A DNA stretch of 35,921 bases, from positions 1 through 35,921 of the forward strand of contig JBLIRL010000002.1 of the NCBI GenBank assembly GCA_049472275.1, in the 5' to 3' direction. A model generated the notes under the pieces. It made no database searches. It saw nothing but the letters and a program-made list of their open reading frames with translations, and was not told the origin of the DNA. Source of the DNA: Thermoplasmatota archaeon. GTDB taxonomy: Archaea > Thermoplasmatota > Penumbrarchaeia > Penumbrarchaeales > Penumbrarchaeaceae. Position 1 is the stretch's first letter. Each line of letters starts with the position of its first letter. Of the stretch, positions 15,401 through 22,771 are shown in pieces. Position numbers and translations under genes: made by a program.

Positions 15401-16081
15401 GTCTTGTTCCGGGGATATGACAGCGTTGGATGGATGGTCGAGGAGGAGATCAGGATAACTGTGGATGGAAAGGCGCCCACTCTGGATTTCGAAGAATCAC
15501 CTTCCTACGTGATGAAGGGGGACATGCTCGACCTGAGGATGTTGATCGATGATGATGGCGAGATCGCCAGCATTGTCCTTCTCATCAGCGGATCGGGTGA
15601 GATCGATATCACCGACCACCTCGACGTGGCCGAACTCGATTTCGCCATCGATACCGGCGATATGCGTACTGGACTCTCTGATGTCACAGTCCGAGCGACC
15701 GATGCGGCGGGCAATATCGCCACTGGCAGCATCTCGGTAAATGTGATCACGGACTCACTGGATTCGGACAACGACGGTGTTCCGGACTGGTGGGAATACC
15801 TTTACTGGTTGAACCCTTTCTTCTTCGACAGCGATCTGGACCCCGACGAGGACGGTTTCACCAATCTCGAGGAGTTCCTTGGAAATGACAGGGCTTGGGG
15901 GGAGGAGGATGACTCGACCGATCCCAGGGATACCCTTTCCAGGCCAAGGGAGATCCCGTCAGGAGCATCGATCGCGATATTTGTCATCCTGATAATCGTG
16001 TTCATGGTGATCATACTGACAGTCCTCCTCGTCCTGGGGCTGATCTTCTCAAGGAAGAGGAAAGTTCAGTACACGTCGTAG
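12494..16081 (+). CDS. Large secreted, C-terminally membrane-anchored transglutaminase-like (PNGase/cysteine-protease fold) protein with Ig-like repeats, 1,195 aa
   Basis: Signal/anchor MRAKTISMVSLLILSQLVAMMLGGAVG. Transglutaminase-core triad GRC296GEYQDM (Cys codon 13379-13381), EDH324VWNEFW, WHHWD338G. The C-terminal ~600 aa are repeated beta-sandwich modules. Acidic Ca-binding-like DSDNDGVPDWWE and DSDLDPDEDGFTNLEE follow, then TM ASIAIFVILIIVFMVIILTVLLVLGLIF and an RKRK tail. Multiple N-x-S/T sequons. Confidence 0.75.
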   Translation: MRAKTISMVSLLILSQLVAMMLGGAVGDHPREIELVDEVLTYETLVLIPPGEDFFVAFDPSRGELIPKDIPPLEAPCLEAIELVPEWMRMNLTHKFRLLSGLDRIAMANLILNSPNESYRDEIGFVIAHSTPETLTDDDFFPQIITHNAQLIYEHEKLLDYVRIMEKDDHTTLSYRQSDDSWVELSRDDYYWFVVHPKLGDELPTYIDPNYDYTSDPPFDRNHGVAPPTGKYWREWFFEYNKTGKPLLLDQLRGMNTTLDAIRAINGWIGASMVFTSDNERPVQPVRIYVKGQGRCGEYQDMRSAAARAALIPVIATSNPAEDHVWNEFWDLGWHHWDGMIDNPHAYEKGWGKTLSSVWNSRGDGYAWSVTSRYSETAVFDIIVDDSSFMPVDGAEVSVYTENFYQPEIRSETFGSVTDSNGRVSIELGDLRNYWGRADTSDLGSDPTNPISQNEMAMNTTAGEEYDIHFRVPRSAPSLMVGVSGHRPLPSENDDPIFSIDFEVVGQITRGDARVAPGRYDLYKEGGNIDFFITNELHMAAYHNDLPVTGWEFHQRTTAQNVSYRVASNLTWFYVLSNGFSQQTYKIVKLKAAVMTETYINIETPIEGQRISFGEIFDISGIVMTSMVEPLVEISLDNGHNWRPSTVETAENGTYRYTTTMSIIPADPAKITNLPMEGRIMARIAGKNGTIVSSSILWVDDIDPEIQGELDRSVVHQGDVIVVKGRIWDNMAVESAYYSIDSSGGGRRLDLVNGTEYEMEVSTAGMTPGIHQIWISAEDLYENHARMNLTFKILEGDPPRIEILSPGTLTVHRYGGPIEVKGRVRDNSAIGQLWISLGNMRADEFDVDMIDDQGYFTHTIDYSTSSLDEGEQDLAISAVDTAYNLAEEVRTIILDGERPKMELDNSENMVVAPNTDLEISGMLRDDHGIGYVEAIVNEADSQEVRLNRGSGTFSLELDSNFDLNEGENIVLFRGYDSVGWMVEEEIRITVDGKAPTLDFEESPSYVMKGDMLDLRMLIDDDGEIASIVLLISGSGEIDITDHLDVAELDFAIDTGDMRTGLSDVTVRATDAAGNIATGSISVNVITDSLDSDNDGVPDWWEYLYWLNPFFFDSDLDPDEDGFTNLEEFLGNDRAWGEEDDSTDPRDTLSRPREIPSGASIAIFVILIIVFMVIILTVLLVLGLIFSRKRKVQYTS

Positions 16082-16992
16082 AGCCCGTTCACGCTCAGAT
16101 ATCTCTGCCCGGTATCGGCAAAAAGCGGGACTATCAGCTTCCCCTTGTTCTCAGGCCTCACCGCGAGCTCTCTCGCTGCGAAAGCGTTCATACCTGATGT
16201 GATCCCAACCAGGAGACCTTCCTTGGCTGCGAGCTCCCGGCATGTCTCGAATGCCTGCTCCTCTGTGACGGTCATTATCTCGTCGATCAGATCCCTGTTC
16301 AGAAGCCTGGGTATGAAACCGGGGCTTGTCCCGGCCTGCCGGTGTGGTCTGAATATACCCTTCGATATCATGGGGGCGATATGAGGTTCGGTCCCTATCA
16401 CCTTGAAGGATGGTCTCCGATCCTTGATGACCCGTGCGACCCCCATCGCCGTTCCGGTGGTTCCGAGAGCGGGAACGAAGATATCTATCATCCCATCGGT
16501 ATCCCTCCATAGCTCCTCGGCGGTCGATCGGATATGGGCGAGGGTGTTGTTCGGGTTCCCGTGCTGCTCGATATAGAACGAGTTGGGTATCTCCTCGAGG
16601 AGCTCGAGAGCCCTCTTCTTCGATCCGGTGGTTCCGAGATCGGCAGGTGTTAGTTCAAGCTCCGCTCCGAACATCTTCAGAAGCTGCTTCCTCTCGTCGG
16701 TCTGGATCTCGGACATGCATATCCTCAACCTGTATCCTTTCATCGCACAGATGAATGCAAGGGCAAGTCCGGTGTTCCCCGAGGTGGCCTCTATTATGGT
16801 CGCGTCATCGTCCAACCTGCCCTCCTTCTCGGCAGCTTCGATCATACTGAGGACGGGTCTGTCCTTGACACTGTAGGGATTGAAAAGCTCCAGCTTTGCT
16901 GCTATCCTCGCATCCAGGCCTTCTCCGAACCTGTCGAGGTATACCATTGGCGTGTTCCCGATGAGGTCCAGGATGCTCCCCTTTATGTTCAT
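16066..16992 (-). CDS. cysK: Cysteine synthase / O-acetylserine sulfhydrylase (PLP-dependent, CysK/CysM family), 308 aa
   Basis: IGNTPMVYL, PLP-lysine motif NPYSVKDR, EATSGNTGLALAF, ALGTTGTAMG. The length and end-to-end motif order are typical of the family. Confidence 0.9.
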   Translation of the reverse strand: MNIKGSILDLIGNTPMVYLDRFGEGLDARIAAKLELFNPYSVKDRPVLSMIEAAEKEGRLDDDATIIEATSGNTGLALAFICAMKGYRLRICMSEIQTDERKQLLKMFGAELELTPADLGTTGSKKRALELLEEIPNSFYIEQHGNPNNTLAHIRSTAEELWRDTDGMIDIFVPALGTTGTAMGVARVIKDRRPSFKVIGTEPHIAPMISKGIFRPHRQAGTSPGFIPRLLNRDLIDEIMTVTEEQAFETCRELAAKEGLLVGITSGMNAFAARELAVRPENKGKLIVPLFADTGQRYLSVNGLYDVY

Positions 16993-17092
16993 GACCTCTC
17001 AAGGACCAACAACAGATAAATCGGTTTCCGACGAACCCACGACAAACTCTTAATAATCCCTCGAGGTTATTTGTCCGGTCGGAGGCCCCTAT
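16993..17092. promoter_or_regulatory. Divergent promoter region: TATA-like element for cysK (minus strand, ~17015-17022, ~27 nt from the ATG, implying a leaderless mRNA) and for the FN3 gene (TTAATAAT 17050-17057)
   Basis: Minus-strand CGATTTATCT is centred ~27 nt upstream of cysK ATG 16992. Plus-strand TTAATAAT lies ~40 nt upstream of TTG 17093, with GGAGG at 17081-17085. Confidence 0.35.
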
Positions 17093-18589
17093 TTGCGTTT
17101 TGGGAAGAACGGGACGGTTCTCATTATCATATCATTGATGATTCTTCTCGATGGGGTCCAGATCCTGTCCCCCATATTTCCTGGGGTTTCCAATTCGGGA
17201 GCCAGGGGGGCGCCATCTCCCCCTGAGAACGTCTCGGCTTCTCTGGTTTCCCGGGATGTCATAGAGGTCTCTTGGGACCCACCTTCCTCCGATGGGGGGA
17301 TCCCTATCATCTCGTACGATCTCCTGAGGTCGATGGACGGAGGCATATACATTCCGATCACATCATCGAACTCCACATCCGGCAGGCAATCATACTGGGA
17401 TGCGGATCTGGAGCCCGATCACAATTTTTCATACAGGGTTTCGGCGAGCAACCAGAACGGTTCATCCCCGCTGAGCGAGGAAGCCTGGATCATTTTAGAG
17501 GCTCCACCGAATTCACCGAATAACCTTACCGCCATTTCGGGGGATGGAAAGGTATACCTGCAATGGGAAGAACCGGAACCCAGAATATATTCGGGTATCG
17601 ATGGATACAGTATAGCTCTGTATTTCGAGGGTGAATGGATTGAACCCTCCATGACAAAACCCTCGAACGCCACATCCTGGGAGATCACGGGTCTCGAGAA
17701 CGCCGGAGATTACTATGCCGAGCTCGTTGCCTTCAATAGTATAGGCGGATCCGAACCTGCGGGCGTCTCGTTCTCTCCCGGCGCTCCTCCATCACCTCCG
17801 ACCAACGTCAGGATCGCCGCGGAAGGCTCGTCTGCCGTCATATCATGGAACACGCCGGGGAACAACGGGGGGTACCCCGTGGTCAGATATCATGTGTTCA
17901 GGAAAGTGAATAACGGCTCGATCGAGGTGGTTGGTACGAGACCCAGCGGTGCAAGGAGCCTCACAGACCACGGTCTGGAGCTCGACACCCGCTACCATTA
18001 TTACATCAGGGCGGAGAACATCATCGGTTTCTCCCTGCCGAGCGAGGTGGTCGAGTTCTTCAAACCCACGACATACAACGTTCCGCTTCCTCCAAATATC
18101 ACTCTGGCAAGGAAGGGAGTGCTCTGGATCGAGATCCACTGGGAAGCTCCTCCGGCACAAGCGGGGGCCCCGATCACGGAATACAGGGTCTATAGAACCC
18201 ATTTCGACAAGGGACGTTTCGAGAACACAACCACGGTTGGTCCGAACTCCACCCTATTCAACGACACAGATGTCAAATACGATATCAACTACACTTACCG
18301 CATATCCGCCGTGAACCGCATCGGTGAATCAGGGAAGGGCGACCCAGTTACCATAAGGGTCAGAAACCTGTCCGAACCTTCACCCGAGGTCAACATCACC
18401 GGCAAAGTGAAGAAGGACCACAGAGCCTTGATCTTCGGAGCCATCGGGGGACTCGTGATCGTTGCGATCTCCATCTTTCTCTATTTCTTCATGACCAGGG
18501 AGATTCAGATCGAACCTCCTCCCGGGGACGGGGAATCGTACGAGGATAACCTCACCGTTAGGATCGACCGCGGTCAAGGACCCTCTTGA
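17093..18589 (+). CDS. Surface-anchored protein with four fibronectin type III domains, 498 aa, TTG start
   Basis: Four FN3 openings: PSPPENVSASLVSRDVIEVSWDPP, PNSPNNLTAISGDGKVYLQWEEP, PSPPTNVRIAAEGSSAVISWNTP, PLPPNITLARKGVLWIEIHWEAP. Each is followed by Y.(V/L).R and (V/I)SA.N..G motifs. N-terminal anchor MRFGKNGTVLIIISLMILL; C-terminal TM ALIFGAIGGLVIVAISIFLYFFM. About 15 N-x-S/T sequons. A GGAGG motif sits 7 nt upstream of TTG 17093; the next in-frame ATG (17138) would remove the charged n-region. Confidence 0.75.
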   Translation: MRFGKNGTVLIIISLMILLDGVQILSPIFPGVSNSGARGAPSPPENVSASLVSRDVIEVSWDPPSSDGGIPIISYDLLRSMDGGIYIPITSSNSTSGRQSYWDADLEPDHNFSYRVSASNQNGSSPLSEEAWIILEAPPNSPNNLTAISGDGKVYLQWEEPEPRIYSGIDGYSIALYFEGEWIEPSMTKPSNATSWEITGLENAGDYYAELVAFNSIGGSEPAGVSFSPGAPPSPPTNVRIAAEGSSAVISWNTPGNNGGYPVVRYHVFRKVNNGSIEVVGTRPSGARSLTDHGLELDTRYHYYIRAENIIGFSLPSEVVEFFKPTTYNVPLPPNITLARKGVLWIEIHWEAPPAQAGAPITEYRVYRTHFDKGRFENTTTVGPNSTLFNDTDVKYDINYTYRISAVNRIGESGKGDPVTIRVRNLSEPSPEVNITGKVKKDHRALIFGAIGGLVIVAISIFLYFFMTREIQIEPPPGDGESYEDNLTVRIDRGQGPS

Positions 18590-19757
18590 GCTCCTGGTTC
18601 AGGGCCGGGACCATCTGAAGGACATCTCCCACGAGACCGACATCAGCCAACTTGAAGATCGGGGCAGTCGGATCCTTGTTTATCGCCACTATGAAATCAG
18701 AACCCCGCATGCCCACCTGATGCTGAATCTTCCCCGATATCCCGCATGCTATGTAGAGCTTCGGCGAGATGGTCTTTCCCGTCTGTCCAACCTGGTCTGA
18801 CCTCGGTCTCCACCCCGAATCCACGGCCACCCTGGAGGCTCCCACGGCTCCTTTCAGTGTGTCAGCCAGGTCCTCGAGCAACCTGAAGTTCTCCGGAGAT
18901 CCCATACCTGCACCGCCCGCAACCACGATATCCGATTCCTCGATGCCCTTGACACCTTCCCTGGAGGTGCTCACGATCTCAAGTATCCTGACTGCGAGTT
19001 CATCGGTCCTGACGTTCACAGGCACTTCGATCACCTCGGGTTCCTTCCCTTTTCCACCCTCCGCTCTGAAAACGTTGGGCCTTACCGTTGCCATCTGAGG
19101 TCTCACATCGGGGGCCACGATATCCGCCATGATGTTGCCGCCGAATGCAGGTCTCGATTGTATCAAGAGACCGTCCGAGATCGATAGACCGGTACAATCT
19201 GCGGTCAATCCGACCGCGAGCGTTGCGGCGACCCGGGGAGCGAGGTCCCTCCCGATGTGAGTGGCGGGAAAGAGGACGATGCTCGGACTGTGCTTCAGAA
19301 TAAGACCCGAAACGATTGGCGCGAATGATTCGGTGAGATACTGTTCAAGGGTCTTATGTTCCGCGAGATAGACTATATCCACGCCGTGATCTCCCAGCTG
19401 TTTTGCGAAATTTCCGATCCTATCCCCGAGCAGTATCGCTCCGACATCCTCGGATAGCTCATCTGCGAGATCTCTGGCCTTTGTCGCGAGTTCCAGGGCG
19501 GAGGAGGAGAGCCGGCCGTTCCTGACCTCGCAGAATACCCACACACCGCGGTAAGTGGTACTGTCAACCTCCCTTCCGCGAGGGTGCTCGAACTCGATTG
19601 CATCGAAACTGCATAACTTCACACAAACGCCGCATAGAGTGCATTCCGGTCCTATCTCGGCCTTTCCATCCACCATCCTTATCGCGTTGAAAGGGCACCC
19701 CTTAGAACATGCCGTGCAGCCAACGCATTTATCCCCGATTATCTCGATCCCCATCAC
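18558..19757 (-). CDS. etfA: Electron transfer flavoprotein alpha subunit with an N-terminal 2x[4Fe-4S] ferredoxin domain
   Basis: CVGCTACSKGCP and CTLCGVCVKLCS, then an ETF-alpha body ending in the FAD motif PKLYIACGISGKIQHQVGM. The start is either GTG 19757 or, more likely, ATG 19754, which overlaps the etfB stop (TGATG). Confidence 0.85.
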   Translation of the reverse strand: MMGIEIIGDKCVGCTACSKGCPFNAIRMVDGKAEIGPECTLCGVCVKLCSFDAIEFEHPRGREVDSTTYRGVWVFCEVRNGRLSSSALELATKARDLADELSEDVGAILLGDRIGNFAKQLGDHGVDIVYLAEHKTLEQYLTESFAPIVSGLILKHSPSIVLFPATHIGRDLAPRVAATLAVGLTADCTGLSISDGLLIQSRPAFGGNIMADIVAPDVRPQMATVRPNVFRAEGGKGKEPEVIEVPVNVRTDELAVRILEIVSTSREGVKGIEESDIVVAGGAGMGSPENFRLLEDLADTLKGAVGASRVAVDSGWRPRSDQVGQTGKTISPKLYIACGISGKIQHQVGMRGSDFIVAINKDPTAPIFKLADVGLVGDVLQMVPALNQELKRVLDRGRS

Positions 19758-20560
19758 CCATCACCTCCGATGATCTTCCTCTCAACTAGGATCTCCGCCA
19801 GCTGTCTCGTCATCTCCCCCGTGTCTCCCTTCAGCATCCTCGTATCGTCCCTTGCGGGCGGGGAATAGGTCCGCCTAACCTGGGTCGGGGAGCCCGCGAG
19901 TCCCAGATCATCCTCGTTTGCCTTGACGGCCTTATGGTCAAGGACCTCGTAGGGCTTTCTCCTTGCTTCCATGATTCCCGGGAGCGGTGCGACCTTCGGA
20001 ACGAAGGAGGGTGATGGGATGCAGGTAACCAGGACTGGCATTCTCGATTCGAGAACCCTTGAACCGTCCTCAGTCTGCTGCGTGACCTGAAGTCTTCCGT
20101 CATAGGTCAGGGATAACTTCTCCGCATAGGTAATCTGTGCAAGGCCAAGAAGCTCAGCCATCTCCGGTCCGACCTGGGCGGTGTCCCCGTCGATCGCCTG
20201 GAGTCCGCAGAATACGATGTCCGCATTACCTATCTTCCTCACGGCGTGTGACAGGGCAACGGAAGTAGCCCATGTATCGGAACCCGCGAAAACCCTGTCC
20301 GAAAGCAGATAGGCCCGGTCCGCACCGAGGGCCAGGGATTTCTGAAGGACCCTTCTGGCCTGAGGGGGGCCCATCGAAAGTACGATCACCTCGATATCAT
20401 CCCGGGAACCCTTCAACCTGAGAGCCTCTTCGAGGGCGAAATGGTCGTAGGGATTGAGGATCGACTCGACCCCTTCTCTGACCAGGGTATTTGTCTTCGG
20501 ATCGATCCTTACCTCCGTCGTGTCGGGAACCTGCTTTACGCATACAACGAACCTCATCAA
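19754..20560 (-). CDS. etfB: Electron transfer flavoprotein beta subunit
   Basis: MMRFVVCVKQVPDTTEVRIDPKTNTLVREGVESILNPYDHFALEEALRLK is a textbook EtfB N-terminus. A GGAGGTGA motif lies upstream. The gene starts 9 nt after the ACAD stop. Confidence 0.9.
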   Translation of the reverse strand: MMRFVVCVKQVPDTTEVRIDPKTNTLVREGVESILNPYDHFALEEALRLKGSRDDIEVIVLSMGPPQARRVLQKSLALGADRAYLLSDRVFAGSDTWATSVALSHAVRKIGNADIVFCGLQAIDGDTAQVGPEMAELLGLAQITYAEKLSLTYDGRLQVTQQTEDGSRVLESRMPVLVTCIPSPSFVPKVAPLPGIMEARRKPYEVLDHKAVKANEDDLGLAGSPTQVRRTYSPPARDDTRMLKGDTGEMTRQLAEILVERKIIGGDG

Positions 20561-20569
20561 CTCACCTCC

Positions 20570-22213
20570 TCACTTCGCCCTGAAGACCTCCACAAGCTTC
20601 GTCGCAACAAGGTCCATGTCCTGGACCAGCCCTCGCTGGGCGGCGATCACCTTCAACAGACCTGTCTCCTCCACCATGGATGATGAATCACCCGAACCCG
20701 CACCCATCACGAGCTCGATGCCTTCGAGAATCACCTTGTGCGCCGTCCTCCTGGCCATTATCCTGGCCATCGCCCTCATAGTCTCCAGATCGTAGGGGAA
20801 CGCATCGCTTATAACGCCGGAGGATGCTGTCTCGCTGAATACCATGGAGACCTCCGCCTCGGCGGTGAGCTCGCCGAGCTTGAACATGACATGCTGGTTC
20901 CTGGTGAGCTTCTGCTGCCTGCATCTCTCGTAGACCACGTTGAGAGCGTTCAAGGCCAGACCGATATGGTCCGCTCCAACGTTGGAGGCACTCTCGTGGA
21001 GCCTGGTCGAACGCCTTGAGAGATCGTGGAAATGGGTTGACCTGGATTTCATATGGTTCTGCCAGCGGTTGCGGGCAATGGTCATCTCCATGATCTCGTT
21101 GGTCCCCTCGTAGATCTGTGTTATCTTGACGTCCCTCTTGATCTTCTCGACCATGTACTCCCGAACGTACCCGTAGCCACCAAGGGCCTGTATCGCATCC
21201 TCGGCCGCATCGTTCGCGGCGTTGGTCGAGAAATATTTGGCGATCGCACCCTCGGTCTGGAGGTCCTCATCCTCTCCGTCGAGCCTGTGTGCGACATATT
21301 CGATGTATGCCCTCGCAGCTGCAAGCTTGACAGCGTGGGGAACTATCAGTTTGTGGGTATAGCCCTGCTTCTCCGAGAGGGGACCTCCCGCCTGTACCCT
21401 CGTCTGGGAATATCTGACCGCCCTTTCCAGGGCTTCCTGGCCAGCTCCCAGGCCGAATGCGGCCACCATCAGCCTCGTGTATCCGAACACTTCCTGCGCC
21501 TGGGACAGTCCAAGACCCTCGATTCCGCCGATGAGATTCTCCGCGGGGACGTAGATATCGTCCATCGTGTACGCCACGGTATTTGCGAGCCGGATGCCGT
21601 GCTTGTCCTCCGGAACCCCGTACTTCATCCCCTGGGTCCCGGATGGTACGATGAACCAGCTCACGCCGTTCTCCACCTTTGCCAGGATGACGTGGATATC
21701 TGCGATGCCGCCGTTCGAGATCCATTGCTTCGATCCGCTGATGCGGTAGCCGATCACCCTGCCGTCCTCCATGACCCTGCTCGCAGTGCTTGTTAGGGCC
21801 CCCAGGTCCGAACCGGCCTCGGCCTCGGTGGCCCCGTAGGAAACGAGCAGACCCTCTGAGGCGACCCTTCCCACCCACTTCTCCTTCTGTTCCTCCGTTC
21901 CCCCCACCCTGATCGGATCTAGTCCCAGGAAGGTCGCGAAAATCCCTGTCGCAATACCAAGATCGATCCTTGCAAGATACTCGCACACCCTGTAGGCGTC
22001 GTATGTTGAGGCCCCGAGTCCTCCGTATTCCTCGGGGATCATCAACAGGTGAATCCCCAGCACGTCGTGGGCGTACATCCTCTGCAACCCGTCCTTGGGA
22101 AACTCACCATCGTGATCCAGATTCAGCAGGTATTCCTCGGGTAGGTTCTGTCTGGCATATTCCCTTAGGCTCTCAATTATGAGGTCTCTGGTTTCCTGAT
22201 CGAAGCCTGGCAT
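20570..22213 (-). CDS. Acyl-CoA dehydrogenase with a ~170-aa C-terminal extension
   Basis: ACAD signatures [15 protein letters not shown] and [33 protein letters not shown]. The ORF track starts at GTG 22222; I prefer ATG 22213 (MPGFDQ...), which is preceded by GGTGGTG. It sits directly upstream of etfB-etfA. Confidence 0.85.
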   Translation of the reverse strand: MPGFDQETRDLIIESLREYARQNLPEEYLLNLDHDGEFPKDGLQRMYAHDVLGIHLLMIPEEYGGLGASTYDAYRVCEYLARIDLGIATGIFATFLGLDPIRVGGTEEQKEKWVGRVASEGLLVSYGATEAEAGSDLGALTSTASRVMEDGRVIGYRISGSKQWISNGGIADIHVILAKVENGVSWFIVPSGTQGMKYGVPEDKHGIRLANTVAYTMDDIYVPAENLIGGIEGLGLSQAQEVFGYTRLMVAAFGLGAGQEALERAVRYSQTRVQAGGPLSEKQGYTHKLIVPHAVKLAAARAYIEYVAHRLDGEDEDLQTEGAIAKYFSTNAANDAAEDAIQALGGYGYVREYMVEKIKRDVKITQIYEGTNEIMEMTIARNRWQNHMKSRSTHFHDLSRRSTRLHESASNVGADHIGLALNALNVVYERCRQQKLTRNQHVMFKLGELTAEAEVSMVFSETASSGVISDAFPYDLETMRAMARIMARRTAHKVILEGIELVMGAGSGDSSSMVEETGLLKVIAAQRGLVQDMDLVATKLVEVFRAK

Positions 22214-22287
22214 GAGCACCACCGGATGATGGTCGGGAGAACGATCCGGGGACCGGCCCCTTCCACGGGAGGGGGCCTAATAATCAC

Positions 22288-22299
22288 TTATATATATGG
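22288..22299 (-). promoter_or_regulatory. TATA-like element (minus-strand CCATATATATAA) upstream of the ACAD-etfBA operon
   Basis: It is the only AT-rich block between 22214 and 22388 and lies ~80 nt upstream of ATG 22213. Confidence 0.3.
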
Positions 22300-22388
22300 A
22301 TTTGGAGAACCAACTTATATTATCGTCGAAGTGTTTGTGGATATATGAAATGGCCTCTTCCATCATCCGGGAGATAACCGGTGGAATA

Positions 22389-22637
22389 TCATGAGGAGGA
22401 TGTGGCCTGCTCCCTGGACCTTCTGACATCGATCCAGAGCACGAAACCATACCTCGCCATTATGATATTGTACCCCATCAGAAGGAACAGCACTGACCCG
22501 AGAATGAAGCTGGAGCTCATTCCCTGAATGTAGAAGAAGACCGCCGTGACCGTGATGAACAGAGGAAATAGGACATTCATGAGAAGCAGCTGTTTGAGGA
22601 ATATCTCCATCTGGTTGTGGAGGGTGTTCTTACACAT
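22389..22637 (-). CDS. Small hypothetical membrane protein (82 aa, two predicted TM helices)
   Basis: I trimmed the 163-aa ORF to internal ATG 22637 (MCKNTLHNQMEIFLKQLLLMNVLFPLFITVTAVFFYIQGMSSSFILGSVLFLLMGYNIIMARYGFVLWIDVRRSREQATSSS). The longer version would run through the AT-rich promoter region and overlap the FtsX gene start. No recognisable family. Confidence 0.4.
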   Translation of the reverse strand: MCKNTLHNQMEIFLKQLLLMNVLFPLFITVTAVFFYIQGMSSSFILGSVLFLLMGYNIIMARYGFVLWIDVRRSREQATSSS

Positions 22638-22771
22638 CGTTATCAGATCAAAATACAATTCTCTATGGTTATTAAGTACGGGATGTTTTTGTATTATTGG
22701 AGGAAAAACGAAATAACGGTCCGACCCTGCATGTCCAAAACGGATTAATAGACGGTAATTCATGAAATGCC
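22638..22771. promoter_or_regulatory. AT-rich divergent promoter region (small membrane protein leftward, FtsX-type permease rightward)
   Basis: ATTAATAG at 22744-22751 is centred ~24 nt upstream of ATG 22772, which would suggest a leaderless mRNA. Minus-strand CTTAATAACC lies at ~22672-22681. Confidence 0.35.

Noticed and set aside
21053-21986. 247-aa plus-strand and 239-aa minus-strand alternative-frame ORFs inside the acyl-CoA dehydrogenase gene
   Set aside because: Their translations are Arg/Gly/Pro-rich and low-complexity. The ACAD frame carries the family signatures end to end.
22255-22277. GC hairpin (GGCCCC-11 nt-GGGGCC) in the ACAD 5' region
   Set aside because: The stem is only 6 bp and I found it by eye in GC-rich sequence. 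It lies neither next to a stop codon nor beside a T-run, so it is too weak to call a regulatory structure.
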